Of a DNA stretch of 46,082 nt, positions 35,596 to 43,616 are shown piece after piece; the stretch's first letter is position 1; each line of letters begins with the position of its first letter. This DNA is from Minisyncoccota bacterium. GTDB taxonomy: Bacteria; Patescibacteriota; Minisyncoccia; Phycocordibacterales; UBA9973. The notes under the pieces are model-generated. The model had not been told where the DNA came from and searched no databases. It worked only from the letters and a program-made list of their open reading frames with translations. Location of the stretch: positions 1-46,082 of the forward strand of contig JBAYHW010000006.1 of NCBI GenBank assembly GCA_041665925.1, given 5' to 3'. The position numbers were made by a program, and so were the translations under genes.

Positions 35596-36200
35596 TTTAT
35601 ATGCCGAGCAAAGGTTACAAAATGAGCAAGGAACATAAAGACGCTATATCTAAGGCGCTAAAGGGTCACGTCTCTTCTGAGGAAACTAGAAGAAAGATTG
35701 GTCTGGCTAATAGAGGTGTTTGGATAAAGTTCAATTGTGATTATTGCGGAAAAGAAAATGAAGAGAAACAATCACATTATAAGAAAAAGGTACGACATTT
35801 CTGTGATGCAAAATGCTATGCATCTTTCGTAAAAGAAAAACAGCCATTAGGTGAAAAGAACGCGTATAAGGGAGTAAGGAAGATTGGTGAAAACAAACAG
35901 GTTTATCATCGCAATTATGTAAAAAATCATCCAGAAAATATAGCTCACTTAAAAGCTCGAAGATATGCACGAGAGCGAAATGCTGAAGGCAGTCACACTT
36001 TGGCTGAGTGGATTGCATTAAAACTTAAATACGATAATAAATGCATTCATTGTAAAGAGTTTAAGCCACTCACAAAAGACCACATCTTACCTTTAGCAGA
36101 AGGAGGTACAGACTATATTCACAACATTCAACCCCTCTGTCGAAACTGCAATAGCAAGAAATGGAAGAAATTGGACTACGTTATTTCCCAAAAATTATGA
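35592..36200 (+). CDS. HNH endonuclease with N-terminal NUMOD3-like repeats and a Zn finger
   Basis: HKDAISKALKGHVSSEETRRKIG; CDYC; CIHC...TKDHILP...GGTDYIHNIQPLCRNCNSKK; start is GTG 35592 or ATG 35601. Confidence 0.85.
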   Translation: MIYMPSKGYKMSKEHKDAISKALKGHVSSEETRRKIGLANRGVWIKFNCDYCGKENEEKQSHYKKKVRHFCDAKCYASFVKEKQPLGEKNAYKGVRKIGENKQVYHRNYVKNHPENIAHLKARRYARERNAEGSHTLAEWIALKLKYDNKCIHCKEFKPLTKDHILPLAEGGTDYIHNIQPLCRNCNSKKWKKLDYVISQKL

Positions 36201-37705
36201 AAGCAATAAAAGTCTCACGCGTATCAACAGAAGAACAAAAAGAAGCTGGTAATTCACTCCCAGCTCAAATTAAACGTATAGATGATTATTGCAAAAGAAA
36301 GGGCTTTGAGGTCATTCGCTCTTTTAGTTTTGATGAGAGCGCTTACAAAGATAAACGGGATGAGTTTGATAAGTTGGTTGAATATGTCCAAGACATTGCG
36401 AAGAAAGAAAAAATAGCAGTTTGTTTTGATAAAGTAGACCGTCTTTCAAGAAGTGTTTTTGATTCAAGAGTGGGCACTTTATATCAAATGTCCGTAGAGG
36501 GAAAAATTGAGCTTCACTTTGTTTCTGACAACCAGGTTTTGAACGGTAGTTTATCTGCAACAGAGAAAGGTGGTTTTGGTATGAGTCTTGTGATGGCAAG
36601 CTATTATTCAAATGCAATTAGTGACAACGTAAAACGAGCATTTGAACAAAAACGCAGAAATGGTGAATGGACTGGAGGGGTACGCATAGGATACAAGAAT
36701 GTATCACTTGATGTTGAGAAGAGATTAAGAAAAGATATTATTCTTGACCCCGACAGAGCACATCTAGTTCAAATGATATTTGAGCTTTATGCCACTGGAA
36801 ATTATTCGATGGAGGCAATTCGGGTGAAGATTACTGAAATGGGATTAAGAACTCGTGACGGAAACGTTTTATCGAAGAGTGGAATAGAAAACATTTTGAA
36901 AGATAGTTTCTTTTGTGGGATTGCTGTATCAAAGAAATACAACCTGACTTGGGTTCATAATTATCCTCGCATCACTACAAGGGAGATATTTGATAAGTGT
37001 CAAGAACTACGAGCAAAACGAAAGACATCACGCCCAAAATCTCTCTCAAAGGATTTTATATTTAAGGGTTTACTTAAATGTCAGAACTGCGGATGCTCAA
37101 TGAGTGCTGAAATTAAAAAGGGGCGTTTTGTTTATTACTCCTGTACAAATGCAAAGCGTATTTGTAAACGAGTATATGTGCCTGAAAAGACACTCCTTGA
37201 GCCTGTGTACGAGCTTCTGGGACGCTTTGAGAGCATTAAAGAGGAAGTTCAAGATGGCCTGGTTAGGGAGCTAAGGAAGAACACAGAATCAGAGGTGGTT
37301 TTCCATAAAGCCCAGATAAGTCGTATCACCAGTGAATATGAACAGATAAAATCGAAAGATGACAGGTTGCTAGAAAGGTATCTTGAAGACAGCACGAGTA
37401 TTACTAAAGATATCTATGACAAAAAACATCAAGAATATGCTGATGCACTCCAGGTCCTAGAGATAGAACTTAGTGAAAATAGAAAAGCGGACTATGACTA
37501 CCAAACCACGGTAGCTACTGTGGTTTCTGTTGCTCGTCGCGCAAAGCAAATCTTTGAAGGTTCTGAACCATCTGAAAAACGAGCACTTTTAAACTATATA
37601 CTTCAGAACCCAACCGTAAACGAAAAGAAGCTATGTTTTTCAATAGCTTCTCCGTTCAATCTAGTCCTAGACCTAGCTGATAGTCCTATTTGGCTCCGGG
37701 GGTAG
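36197..37705 (+). CDS. Large serine recombinase (integrase); 3' end reads into the tRNA
   Basis: RVSTEEQ catalytic motif, DKVDRLSR, recombinase domain, CQNC...YYSC Zn ribbon, coiled coil; ends TGG CTC CGG GGG TAG antisense to the tRNA 3' end. Confidence 0.93.
   Translation: MKAIKVSRVSTEEQKEAGNSLPAQIKRIDDYCKRKGFEVIRSFSFDESAYKDKRDEFDKLVEYVQDIAKKEKIAVCFDKVDRLSRSVFDSRVGTLYQMSVEGKIELHFVSDNQVLNGSLSATEKGGFGMSLVMASYYSNAISDNVKRAFEQKRRNGEWTGGVRIGYKNVSLDVEKRLRKDIILDPDRAHLVQMIFELYATGNYSMEAIRVKITEMGLRTRDGNVLSKSGIENILKDSFFCGIAVSKKYNLTWVHNYPRITTREIFDKCQELRAKRKTSRPKSLSKDFIFKGLLKCQNCGCSMSAEIKKGRFVYYSCTNAKRICKRVYVPEKTLLEPVYELLGRFESIKEEVQDGLVRELRKNTESEVVFHKAQISRITSEYEQIKSKDDRLLERYLEDSTSITKDIYDKKHQEYADALQVLEIELSENRKADYDYQTTVATVVSVARRAKQIFEGSEPSEKRALLNYILQNPTVNEKKLCFSIASPFNLVLDLADSPIWLRG
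37689..37697. repeat. tRNA-proximal att core (9-bp direct repeat)
   Basis: TTTGGCTCC, overlapping the tRNA-Asn GGAGCCA 3' end and the integrase W-L codons. Confidence 0.8.
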
Positions 37706-37731
37706 GGATCGAACCTACGACCAATCGCTTA

Positions 37732-38286
37732 CACTTATCCTCTTATTACTAAAAGGGATGGACTATATCATCTTCATATTTTGAAAATAAAATTTTCAAA
37801 ACTTAGAAGCAAGGCGCTTCGACTGATTTTGAATCAGGCTACTCCTCGAAAGGATAGTCTCTGAACCTGCCCTAAACTTTAGGGATTGGCTGCTGATTGC
37901 CCTCTGGTGAGGGTTTCCAGCAATTCACCTTGTTTTCGATCTATTTTTCAATAGAAAGCTGCGTTATACCTGACTCGACTTCTCTGTGACAATTTGCACA
38001 AAGTAGCACACACTTATATAATTCTTTTTGCACGATACTCCACGCACGAGTGTATCCCTTATCACCAACCCCAAAACTTTTATCTTTGGAATTTATATGG
38101 TGAAGTTCAAGGGCACCAATACATTTTGTATATCCACAAATTTGGCATTTGCCGCCTTTGTATTCAACTGCAAGAACTTTTATTTTCTTGCGTCGTTTTG
38201 CAACAGCTTTAATAAGTGCTTCTCGTCTATCGGCATATTTCCTATTATCTGGCATAAATCTATCATACCAAAGGGTGGAAATTTCC
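37732..38286 (-). ncRNA. Group I intron, 555 nt, at anticodon position 35/36
   Basis: 5' exon ends in U and the intron ends in G. P AAUUGCUGGAAA (37925-37914), Q AAUCAGCAGC (37898-37889), R GUUCAGAGACUA (37866-37855), S AUGAUAUAGUCC (37771-37760); IGS GCAG (37962-37959) pairs with exon CUGU with a U-G pair at the splice site. Confidence 0.92.
37941..38255 (-). CDS. Intron-encoded HNH homing endonuclease
   Basis: CQICGY...LELHH...CVLLCANCHRE; lies in the L1 loop, and its last codons encode the IGS; ATG 38255 preferred over GTG 38288. Confidence 0.85.
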   Translation of the reverse strand: MPDNRKYADRREALIKAVAKRRKKIKVLAVEYKGGKCQICGYTKCIGALELHHINSKDKSFGVGDKGYTRAWSIVQKELYKCVLLCANCHREVESGITQLSIEK

Positions 38287-38438
38287 ACAGGCGACCGCTC
38301 TACCGCTGAGCTACCCCGGAATTTATTCTTTTTTCTAAGGAACTTTACCTATATTATCAGAAAACACAGAAAAAACAACAAAATTTGTGCCCCTTCCCTG
38401 ACCACAAATCCTTTATGAATATGATGTATAATAGAAAC

Positions 38439-38678
38439 ATGAAAATTGAAGTTCTGGGTTCAGGGTGTGCAACGTGTAAAAAATTGTTTGAAATAGTTCA
38501 GAAAGCAGTATCAGAATTAGGGATGAGTGAGAAAGTTGAATATATTACCGATATTCAAAAGATTATAGCTATGGGGCTAATACAGAGCCCGGTTCTCGCG
38601 ATCAACGATAAACCAGTATTGGTTGGCTTTAGCTCTGACATAGAAAAAATTAAAAAAATAATAGAGAGTAGTAAATAG
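38439..38678 (+). CDS. Small redox-active disulfide (thioredoxin-like) protein
   Basis: MKIEVLGSGCATC, SPVLAIND; ATG is 6 nt after TATAAT. Confidence 0.88.
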   Translation: MKIEVLGSGCATCKKLFEIVQKAVSELGMSEKVEYITDIQKIIAMGLIQSPVLAINDKPVLVGFSSDIEKIKKIIESSK

Positions 38679-38680
38679 TT

Positions 38681-39646
38681 ATGAGTATTTTTTACCCTAT
38701 ACAAATACTGGCCAATTGGCTGACATATTCTATTTTAACAATTACTCCGAAAACACTTTTAGCGGAAGCTGTTAACTTTTTTATATATGACACACTTAAG
38801 ATCTTTATTCTTTTATCGGTTATTATTTTTGCTGTTTCAATAATTCGTTCATATTTACCACCAGAAAAAATTAGAGCAATTTTATCTCATAAAAATAAAT
38901 ATATGGGGAATGTTGTGGCATCACTTCTAGGAATCATCACTCCCTTTTGTTCTTGTTCAGCTATCCCGTTATTCCTTGGTTTTGTACAAGCAGGCGTACC
39001 CCTAGGCACAACTTTCTCTTTCCTGGTAGCTTCGCCGATGATAAATGAAGTGGCACTAGTTTTACTCTTAGGAATGTTCGGCTGGAAGATTGCATTGATA
39101 TATACCCTAAGTGGGCTTATTATTTCTATTTTATCTGGAATAATTATAGGAAAAATGAAAGTGGAGAGTTTAGTTGAACCATTTGTATATCAAAACACTA
39201 TTAATGGAAATATAGAACTACCGACAATGACGAGAAAAGAGAGAATTATTTATGCGAAAGATTATACTCTAGATATATTAAAGAAGGTTTGGATTTATAT
39301 TTTAATAGGTATAGGCATCGGGGCTTGGATACATGGCTATGTACCTGCTGATTTCCTAGCCACCTATGCAGGAAGCGATAAATGGTATGCTGTACCCCTT
39401 GCTGTCTTGATAGGTATTCCACTGTATTCAAATGCTACTGGAGTTATCCCTCTTGTTTCCGCTTTAACAGAGAAGGGGGTGGCTATGGGCACAACGCTGG
39501 CTTTTATGATGTCTGTAACCGCCTTATCCTTGCCAGAATTTATGATTTTAAAAAGAGTTATGAAAATGAGATTGATTTTTATTTTTGCTGGGATTGTAGG
39601 AGTAGGCATCACCCTTACTGGATATCTATTTAACATCTTGCTTTAA
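38681..39646 (+). CDS. Predicted permease, DUF318/ArsP family
   Basis: TPFCSCSAIP, FLVASPMINE, GIPLYSN, LSLPE; multiple TM helices. Confidence 0.88.
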   Translation: MSIFYPIQILANWLTYSILTITPKTLLAEAVNFFIYDTLKIFILLSVIIFAVSIIRSYLPPEKIRAILSHKNKYMGNVVASLLGIITPFCSCSAIPLFLGFVQAGVPLGTTFSFLVASPMINEVALVLLLGMFGWKIALIYTLSGLIISILSGIIIGKMKVESLVEPFVYQNTINGNIELPTMTRKERIIYAKDYTLDILKKVWIYILIGIGIGAWIHGYVPADFLATYAGSDKWYAVPLAVLIGIPLYSNATGVIPLVSALTEKGVAMGTTLAFMMSVTALSLPEFMILKRVMKMRLIFIFAGIVGVGITLTGYLFNILL

Positions 39647-39662
39647 GGGTGACAAAATAAAT

Positions 39663-40166
39663 TTATTTAAAACTATCTTGAATAAGATTATTTCTCATCA
39701 TCCCCTTTTGTGGGTTTGTTCTTTGAAGATAATTCCCCATCATTCCTTTCATAGGGCCACGCTGAAGTAGGCTATCATTTAAGCCAGTCATGTCTATAAC
39801 AACTCCCGCAATTACAACAACAAGGATAAAGCCACCTATTAAAATCCATGGACTTTTTTTATACGAAAAGTCGTATTGACGAATAAGCCAAATCCCCGCT
39901 ATTAAGCCCGTAACAGCGAATACTGCCGTCCACCAAGGGAAATTTGAAATCATTTGATCAAGCCGATATTCCCCCATAGGTCCATGTGTACGCACTGAAA
40001 ACCTTACCAACCCTATAAGAAAAGTTGAAACAACTACCGAAGATATCAATCCGAAGAAAGTTAAAATTGACCCAATAACAAAATATACCCTTGGTTTCAT
40101 CTTGGCTTTACCTTGATGGATTTGGTTCATAACATTTTTTGTAATGTTTTCTAATTCTTTTGGCAT
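39663..40166 (-). CDS. Membrane protein, candidate anti-sigma factor
   Basis: Three TM helices; overlaps the ECF sigma stop. Confidence 0.6.
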   Translation of the reverse strand: MPKELENITKNVMNQIHQGKAKMKPRVYFVIGSILTFFGLISSVVVSTFLIGLVRFSVRTHGPMGEYRLDQMISNFPWWTAVFAVTGLIAGIWLIRQYDFSYKKSPWILIGGFILVVVIAGVVIDMTGLNDSLLQRGPMKGMMGNYLQRTNPQKGMMRNNLIQDSFK

Positions 40167-40693
40167 ATATTTTTCATTATTTTTTTAGCTCTACTAATCC
40201 TTATTGCAACTGTCCCCATTGGAATTCTCAAAATATCACTGATATCTTCGTATGATTTCTCATCAACATAGTATAAAGAAAGCGGTTCAGAATATATTAA
40301 AGGGATGTTTTTTAAACAACGCTCAACTTTTTCTTTTGATTCTTTTTCTTCATACTCTTTTTCAATATCATCTTCGCTTTCGAAATCCCAATCCTCGGGC
40401 AATGGAATTTCTTTTTTGTACTTTTTAGCTAGATTCATTGCTTGATTGTGGGCTATGCGATACATCCAGCTAGAAAACTTCTTTTCAATATTAAAACTAT
40501 TTAAATTTACAAAAGCTTTTATAAAAGATTCCTGCACCACATCAATTGCCCTATCTTCATTTTTAATTAAATTATTTACATAACGTACAAGTTTCTTCTG
40601 ATATCTCTCAATAATAATAGAATAAAGATCTTTATTAGAGGTTCTTACTTTTAATACTATCTCTTCATCTGTTAACTCCTTACCTTCATTCAT
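40151..40693 (-). CDS. ECF RNA polymerase sigma factor (sigma-70 family)
   Basis: DVVQESFIKAF, FSSWMYRIAHN, SYEDISDILRIPMGTV. Confidence 0.92.
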   Translation of the reverse strand: MNEGKELTDEEIVLKVRTSNKDLYSIIIERYQKKLVRYVNNLIKNEDRAIDVVQESFIKAFVNLNSFNIEKKFSSWMYRIAHNQAMNLAKKYKKEIPLPEDWDFESEDDIEKEYEEKESKEKVERCLKNIPLIYSEPLSLYYVDEKSYEDISDILRIPMGTVAIRISRAKKIMKNICQKN

Positions 40694-40729
40694 ACTAGTA
40701 TCTTAGCAGTTTTTAAGATAATACATCAA

Positions 40730-40749
40730 ACCCCGATTTTATTCGGGGT
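40730..40749 (-). terminator. Terminator-like hairpin after the 133-aa gene
   Basis: ACCCCGA-ttttat-TCGGGGT, with a short T run on the minus strand. Confidence 0.5.
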
Positions 40750-40771
40750 AAGGTGTACTAAATCTAAATTA

Positions 40772-41173
40772 TTAATTCATACAATTACCTCTCCCGGCAC
40801 CTCTACCGAACCCACTACTCGCACCTTGCCCACTGCCATTTTTTAACCCAAGCCCAAGCTCTTGTCTGATTTTTTGAGCTCCCGCCAAGTCACCACTTTT
40901 AGCTAATTTATAAGCTTCAGCAAACTTTGCAAAGTTGTCTTTATTAACAACCTGGGTGACTCTCCCTTGATTTTGCATAAGTGCTTTCCAGCCCGTGTAA
41001 TCATTTGTCGCAAAAGCTTTCTCAATAGCAGCCTCCCTCTCTACTGAGTAATTAGGGCCTTTGACGCTCATATCGCCTCTATATGCATTTGCGCTATTTG
41101 CAATTGCTCCTGATATTCCTAACACTAACGCTAGTGTTCCTAAACCTAAAATTATCTTTTTTGTCTTATTCAT
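40772..41173 (-). CDS. Secreted hypothetical protein with a Gly/Arg-rich tail
   Basis: Signal peptide; C-terminus GSGQGASSGFGRGAGRG. Confidence 0.7.
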   Translation of the reverse strand: MNKTKKIILGLGTLALVLGISGAIANSANAYRGDMSVKGPNYSVEREAAIEKAFATNDYTGWKALMQNQGRVTQVVNKDNFAKFAEAYKLAKSGDLAGAQKIRQELGLGLKNGSGQGASSGFGRGAGRGNCMN

Positions 41174-41336
41174 GTTTATTATCTGTTTAACTGTTAATAC
41201 TAATTCGACCCTATACCTCTAATACAATACAGTAGTCATTTTTCTTTCAATTTTGAATATCCCCACCCAGTTCTAGTCTAGACTGTCTGGGTGTATAATA
41301 AAGTTATTAATAAGCTTAATAATAATTAATGTCTAT

Positions 41337-41738
41337 ATGCTAAAAGAATTTAAGCAATTTTTACTTAGAGGAAATGTCGTGGATCTTGCTGTTGGTGTCG
41401 TTATCGGTGCGGCTTTCGGTACCGTGGTTACAGCTCTGGTGTCTGATTTATTGACCCCGCTAATCTCAGCTATTGCTAAAGTCCCAGATTTTTCCGGATT
41501 TTTCTTTACCTTAAATGGCAGTAAATTTATGCTTGGTCATTTTATTAATGCACTCATCTCCTTTATACTCGTGGCTGCGTCAGTTTTTTTCTTTGTGATT
41601 AAACCAATGAATTTCCTCATTGCAAAATCACGAAAAGGAGCCCCCGCAGACCCAACAACAAAAAAGTGCCAGGAGTGCCTTAGTGAAGTCCCAATGGATG
41701 CCAAGCGCTGTTCTCATTGTACTCAAGTTATCTTATAG
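41337..41738 (+). CDS. mscL: Large-conductance mechanosensitive channel with a C-terminal Zn ribbon
   Basis: MLKEFKQFLLRGNVVDLAVGVVIGAAF; tail CQEC...CSHC. Confidence 0.93.
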   Translation: MLKEFKQFLLRGNVVDLAVGVVIGAAFGTVVTALVSDLLTPLISAIAKVPDFSGFFFTLNGSKFMLGHFINALISFILVAASVFFFVIKPMNFLIAKSRKGAPADPTTKKCQECLSEVPMDAKRCSHCTQVIL

Positions 41739-41776
41739 CTATACGTAAGAAATCATTATTAATTTAATTTTTAATT

Positions 41777-42148
41777 ATGGAAATCACAATCTTTTTGGCA
41801 AAATTTTGGGGAAGTCTTTTTATGATTCTGGGCGCCTTGTCTATTGGTGCAAAATTGTTAGGAAGAATCATAGAGTATACCGAAGACAGAACTGTTACTA
41901 TTTCTACTGGCTATATTACTTTTTTGTTGGGCTTGGCTACAGTTGTCGCTCACAATATATGGGTAATGGACTGGCCAGTTGTCGTCACTGTTTTAGGGTG
42001 GGTTACATTATTTAAAGGAATTGAGAAAATAGGTTTTCCTGATCGCGTTAATAAAAAAGCCCAAATGTTTAAAAATCAATCCATGCTTTGGGGTGGTGTT
42101 ATATTTCTCATTGGTGCTTTTATTTTTTGGATAAGTTTTAGTTACTAA
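41777..42148 (+). CDS. Small four-TM membrane protein
   Basis: Hydrophobic segments; HNIW...VVTVLGW pattern. Confidence 0.7.
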   Translation: MEITIFLAKFWGSLFMILGALSIGAKLLGRIIEYTEDRTVTISTGYITFLLGLATVVAHNIWVMDWPVVVTVLGWVTLFKGIEKIGFPDRVNKKAQMFKNQSMLWGGVIFLIGAFIFWISFSY

Positions 42149-42213
42149 TTATAGTTTTTGTGTGTTTCATAATAGTGTATAATTATACTATTACTAGTTT
42201 AATATTTTGTATA

Positions 42214-42579
42214 ATGACAAACGAAAAAAAGATAGAGTGGATTTTAAGAATTGGTGTCGCTGGAGAATTTTTAGGTCATGGAATGTTTGCAATTATTGGT
42301 AAAGCCGACTGGGTCGCATGGACCCAAAAGCTAACTGGGCTAGATTTAGCCACAGCTACAATGTTTATGACGGTAGTCGGTGTGGTAGATGTTGTATTAG
42401 CCTTAATTATACTTTGGAAACCAATGCGTCCCCTTCTTCTCTGGATGGCTTTCTGGGGCTTCTGGACAGCCCTAGTGCGTCCGCTTGTAGGTCTCCCAAT
42501 ATGGGACTTTATAGAACGTTTTGCCAACTGGGCTGCGCCACTAGCACTCTACTTCTTGTATAAAAATAAAAATCAGTAA
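42214..42579 (+). CDS. DoxX-like membrane protein
   Basis: LRIGVAGEFLGHG, FIERFANWAAPL; start MTNEKK. Confidence 0.6.
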   Translation: MTNEKKIEWILRIGVAGEFLGHGMFAIIGKADWVAWTQKLTGLDLATATMFMTVVGVVDVVLALIILWKPMRPLLLWMAFWGFWTALVRPLVGLPIWDFIERFANWAAPLALYFLYKNKNQ

Positions 42580-42581
42580 TC

Positions 42582-43616
42582 TTACCAGACCCTGAAGAAA
42601 ATTCTAATAACCGGAGATAAAAAGTAGTCAAATATTTTTGGTTTATATGCTTTGTAATCGAAAACAATAGCTTCTTTTTTCCATTCTTGAACAATTCCTG
42701 AAAGCTTCCGCACAGCATTTATGTCTTTTAAAAAAATACCAACTTCCGAATTAAGTTCGAAAGAAATAAAGTCTAAATTATTGGAACCAACAATTCCCTC
42801 TCTATTGTCAATTATCATAGCCTTCGCATGATTCATTTTGGGCTCTAGGAGAAAATTTACACCTAATTTAGAAAGCTTGTACATAAAGAAATATCCTACT
42901 CTATTAGCCCAAAAATTATTAGTGGTTTTAGGTACAAGAACTTCGACTTTTACCCCCCGCAAAACCGCCTGATGCAGAGCGACGATAAACCACCTGGAGG
43001 GCATAAAGTATGGTGTAACTAAAACAATACTTTCTTTAGCCTGATGCAGGTTTTCTTTATAAATTTTTTTTAAATTATATTTTTTCCTAACTGGAAAATG
43101 TTCCACTAGCCAAGTTCGTGTTTTGTCTAGAGCTATTGGACGATTTTGTGCTAAAACCATTTTATCATCACCCCTAGATTGACTATAAACTTTAGCAAAA
43201 GATCTAATGATGTGTTTAATTAATTTTTTCCCTTTGACTTCAATAACTAAATCATTCCAAAATCTAAATCTTTGACTCAAGTTCACTCCCCCGATAAAAG
43301 CTCGAAGTCCATCTACAACTAAAATTTTACGATGTGTCCGATGGAAAAAATAACTCTGAAAAAGCAACTCGGCCCCACTCTCCCGCATGCCAACAACAGC
43401 ATTCTTGCTTAATTCAGAACTGCCGGAAGAATCTAAGACAATTCTTACTCGTACTCCATTTTGAGCTTTTTCTTTTAAGAGCGTCAGGAAATCATACTGA
43501 ACCATGTCGTTGCTAAAAATATACATTTCTAGATAAATGTATTCTTTAGCATTCTTGATAGCTTCAAACATAGCCTTCCAAGCCCGTTCAGAATTGGTGA
43601 AAAACTTATATTGCAT
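42582..43616 (-). CDS. cls: Phospholipase D family protein (cardiolipin synthase-like)
   Basis: Two HKD motifs, HRKILVVD and HAKAMIID; start MQYKF is 6 nt after TACAAT. Confidence 0.85.
   Translation of the reverse strand: MQYKFFTNSERAWKAMFEAIKNAKEYIYLEMYIFSNDMVQYDFLTLLKEKAQNGVRVRIVLDSSGSSELSKNAVVGMRESGAELLFQSYFFHRTHRKILVVDGLRAFIGGVNLSQRFRFWNDLVIEVKGKKLIKHIIRSFAKVYSQSRGDDKMVLAQNRPIALDKTRTWLVEHFPVRKKYNLKKIYKENLHQAKESIVLVTPYFMPSRWFIVALHQAVLRGVKVEVLVPKTTNNFWANRVGYFFMYKLSKLGVNFLLEPKMNHAKAMIIDNREGIVGSNNLDFISFELNSEVGIFLKDINAVRKLSGIVQEWKKEAIVFDYKAYKPKIFDYFLSPVIRIFFRVW

Larger units (their letters stand above)
31634..37697. mobile_element. ~6.06-kb integrative element (serine recombinase + rolling-circle-type Rep) at the tRNA-Asn 3' end
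   Basis: TTTGGCTCC direct repeats at both ends, one overlapping the tRNA acceptor/CCA end; integrase, Xis-like and Rep genes inside; displaced terminator outside. Confidence 0.88.
37691..38320 (-). tRNA. tRNA-Asn(GUU) split by a group I intron; exons 38320-38287 and 37731-37691
   Basis: Spliced 75-mer folds as a cloverleaf: UCCGGGG/CCCCGGA acceptor, GCUC/GAGC D arm, GUCGC-CU GU|U AA-GCGAU, GUAGG-UUCGAUC-CCUAC, G73, CCA. Confidence 0.93.

Noticed and set aside
31634-37697. Calling the element a prophage or inovirus
   Set aside because: No capsid, terminase, Zot-like ATPase or small TM coat-protein cluster is recognisable.
38256-38288. GTG start for the intron HNH at 38288
   Set aside because: It overlaps the anticodon and splice site; the ATG at 38255 has a properly spaced extended -10 box.
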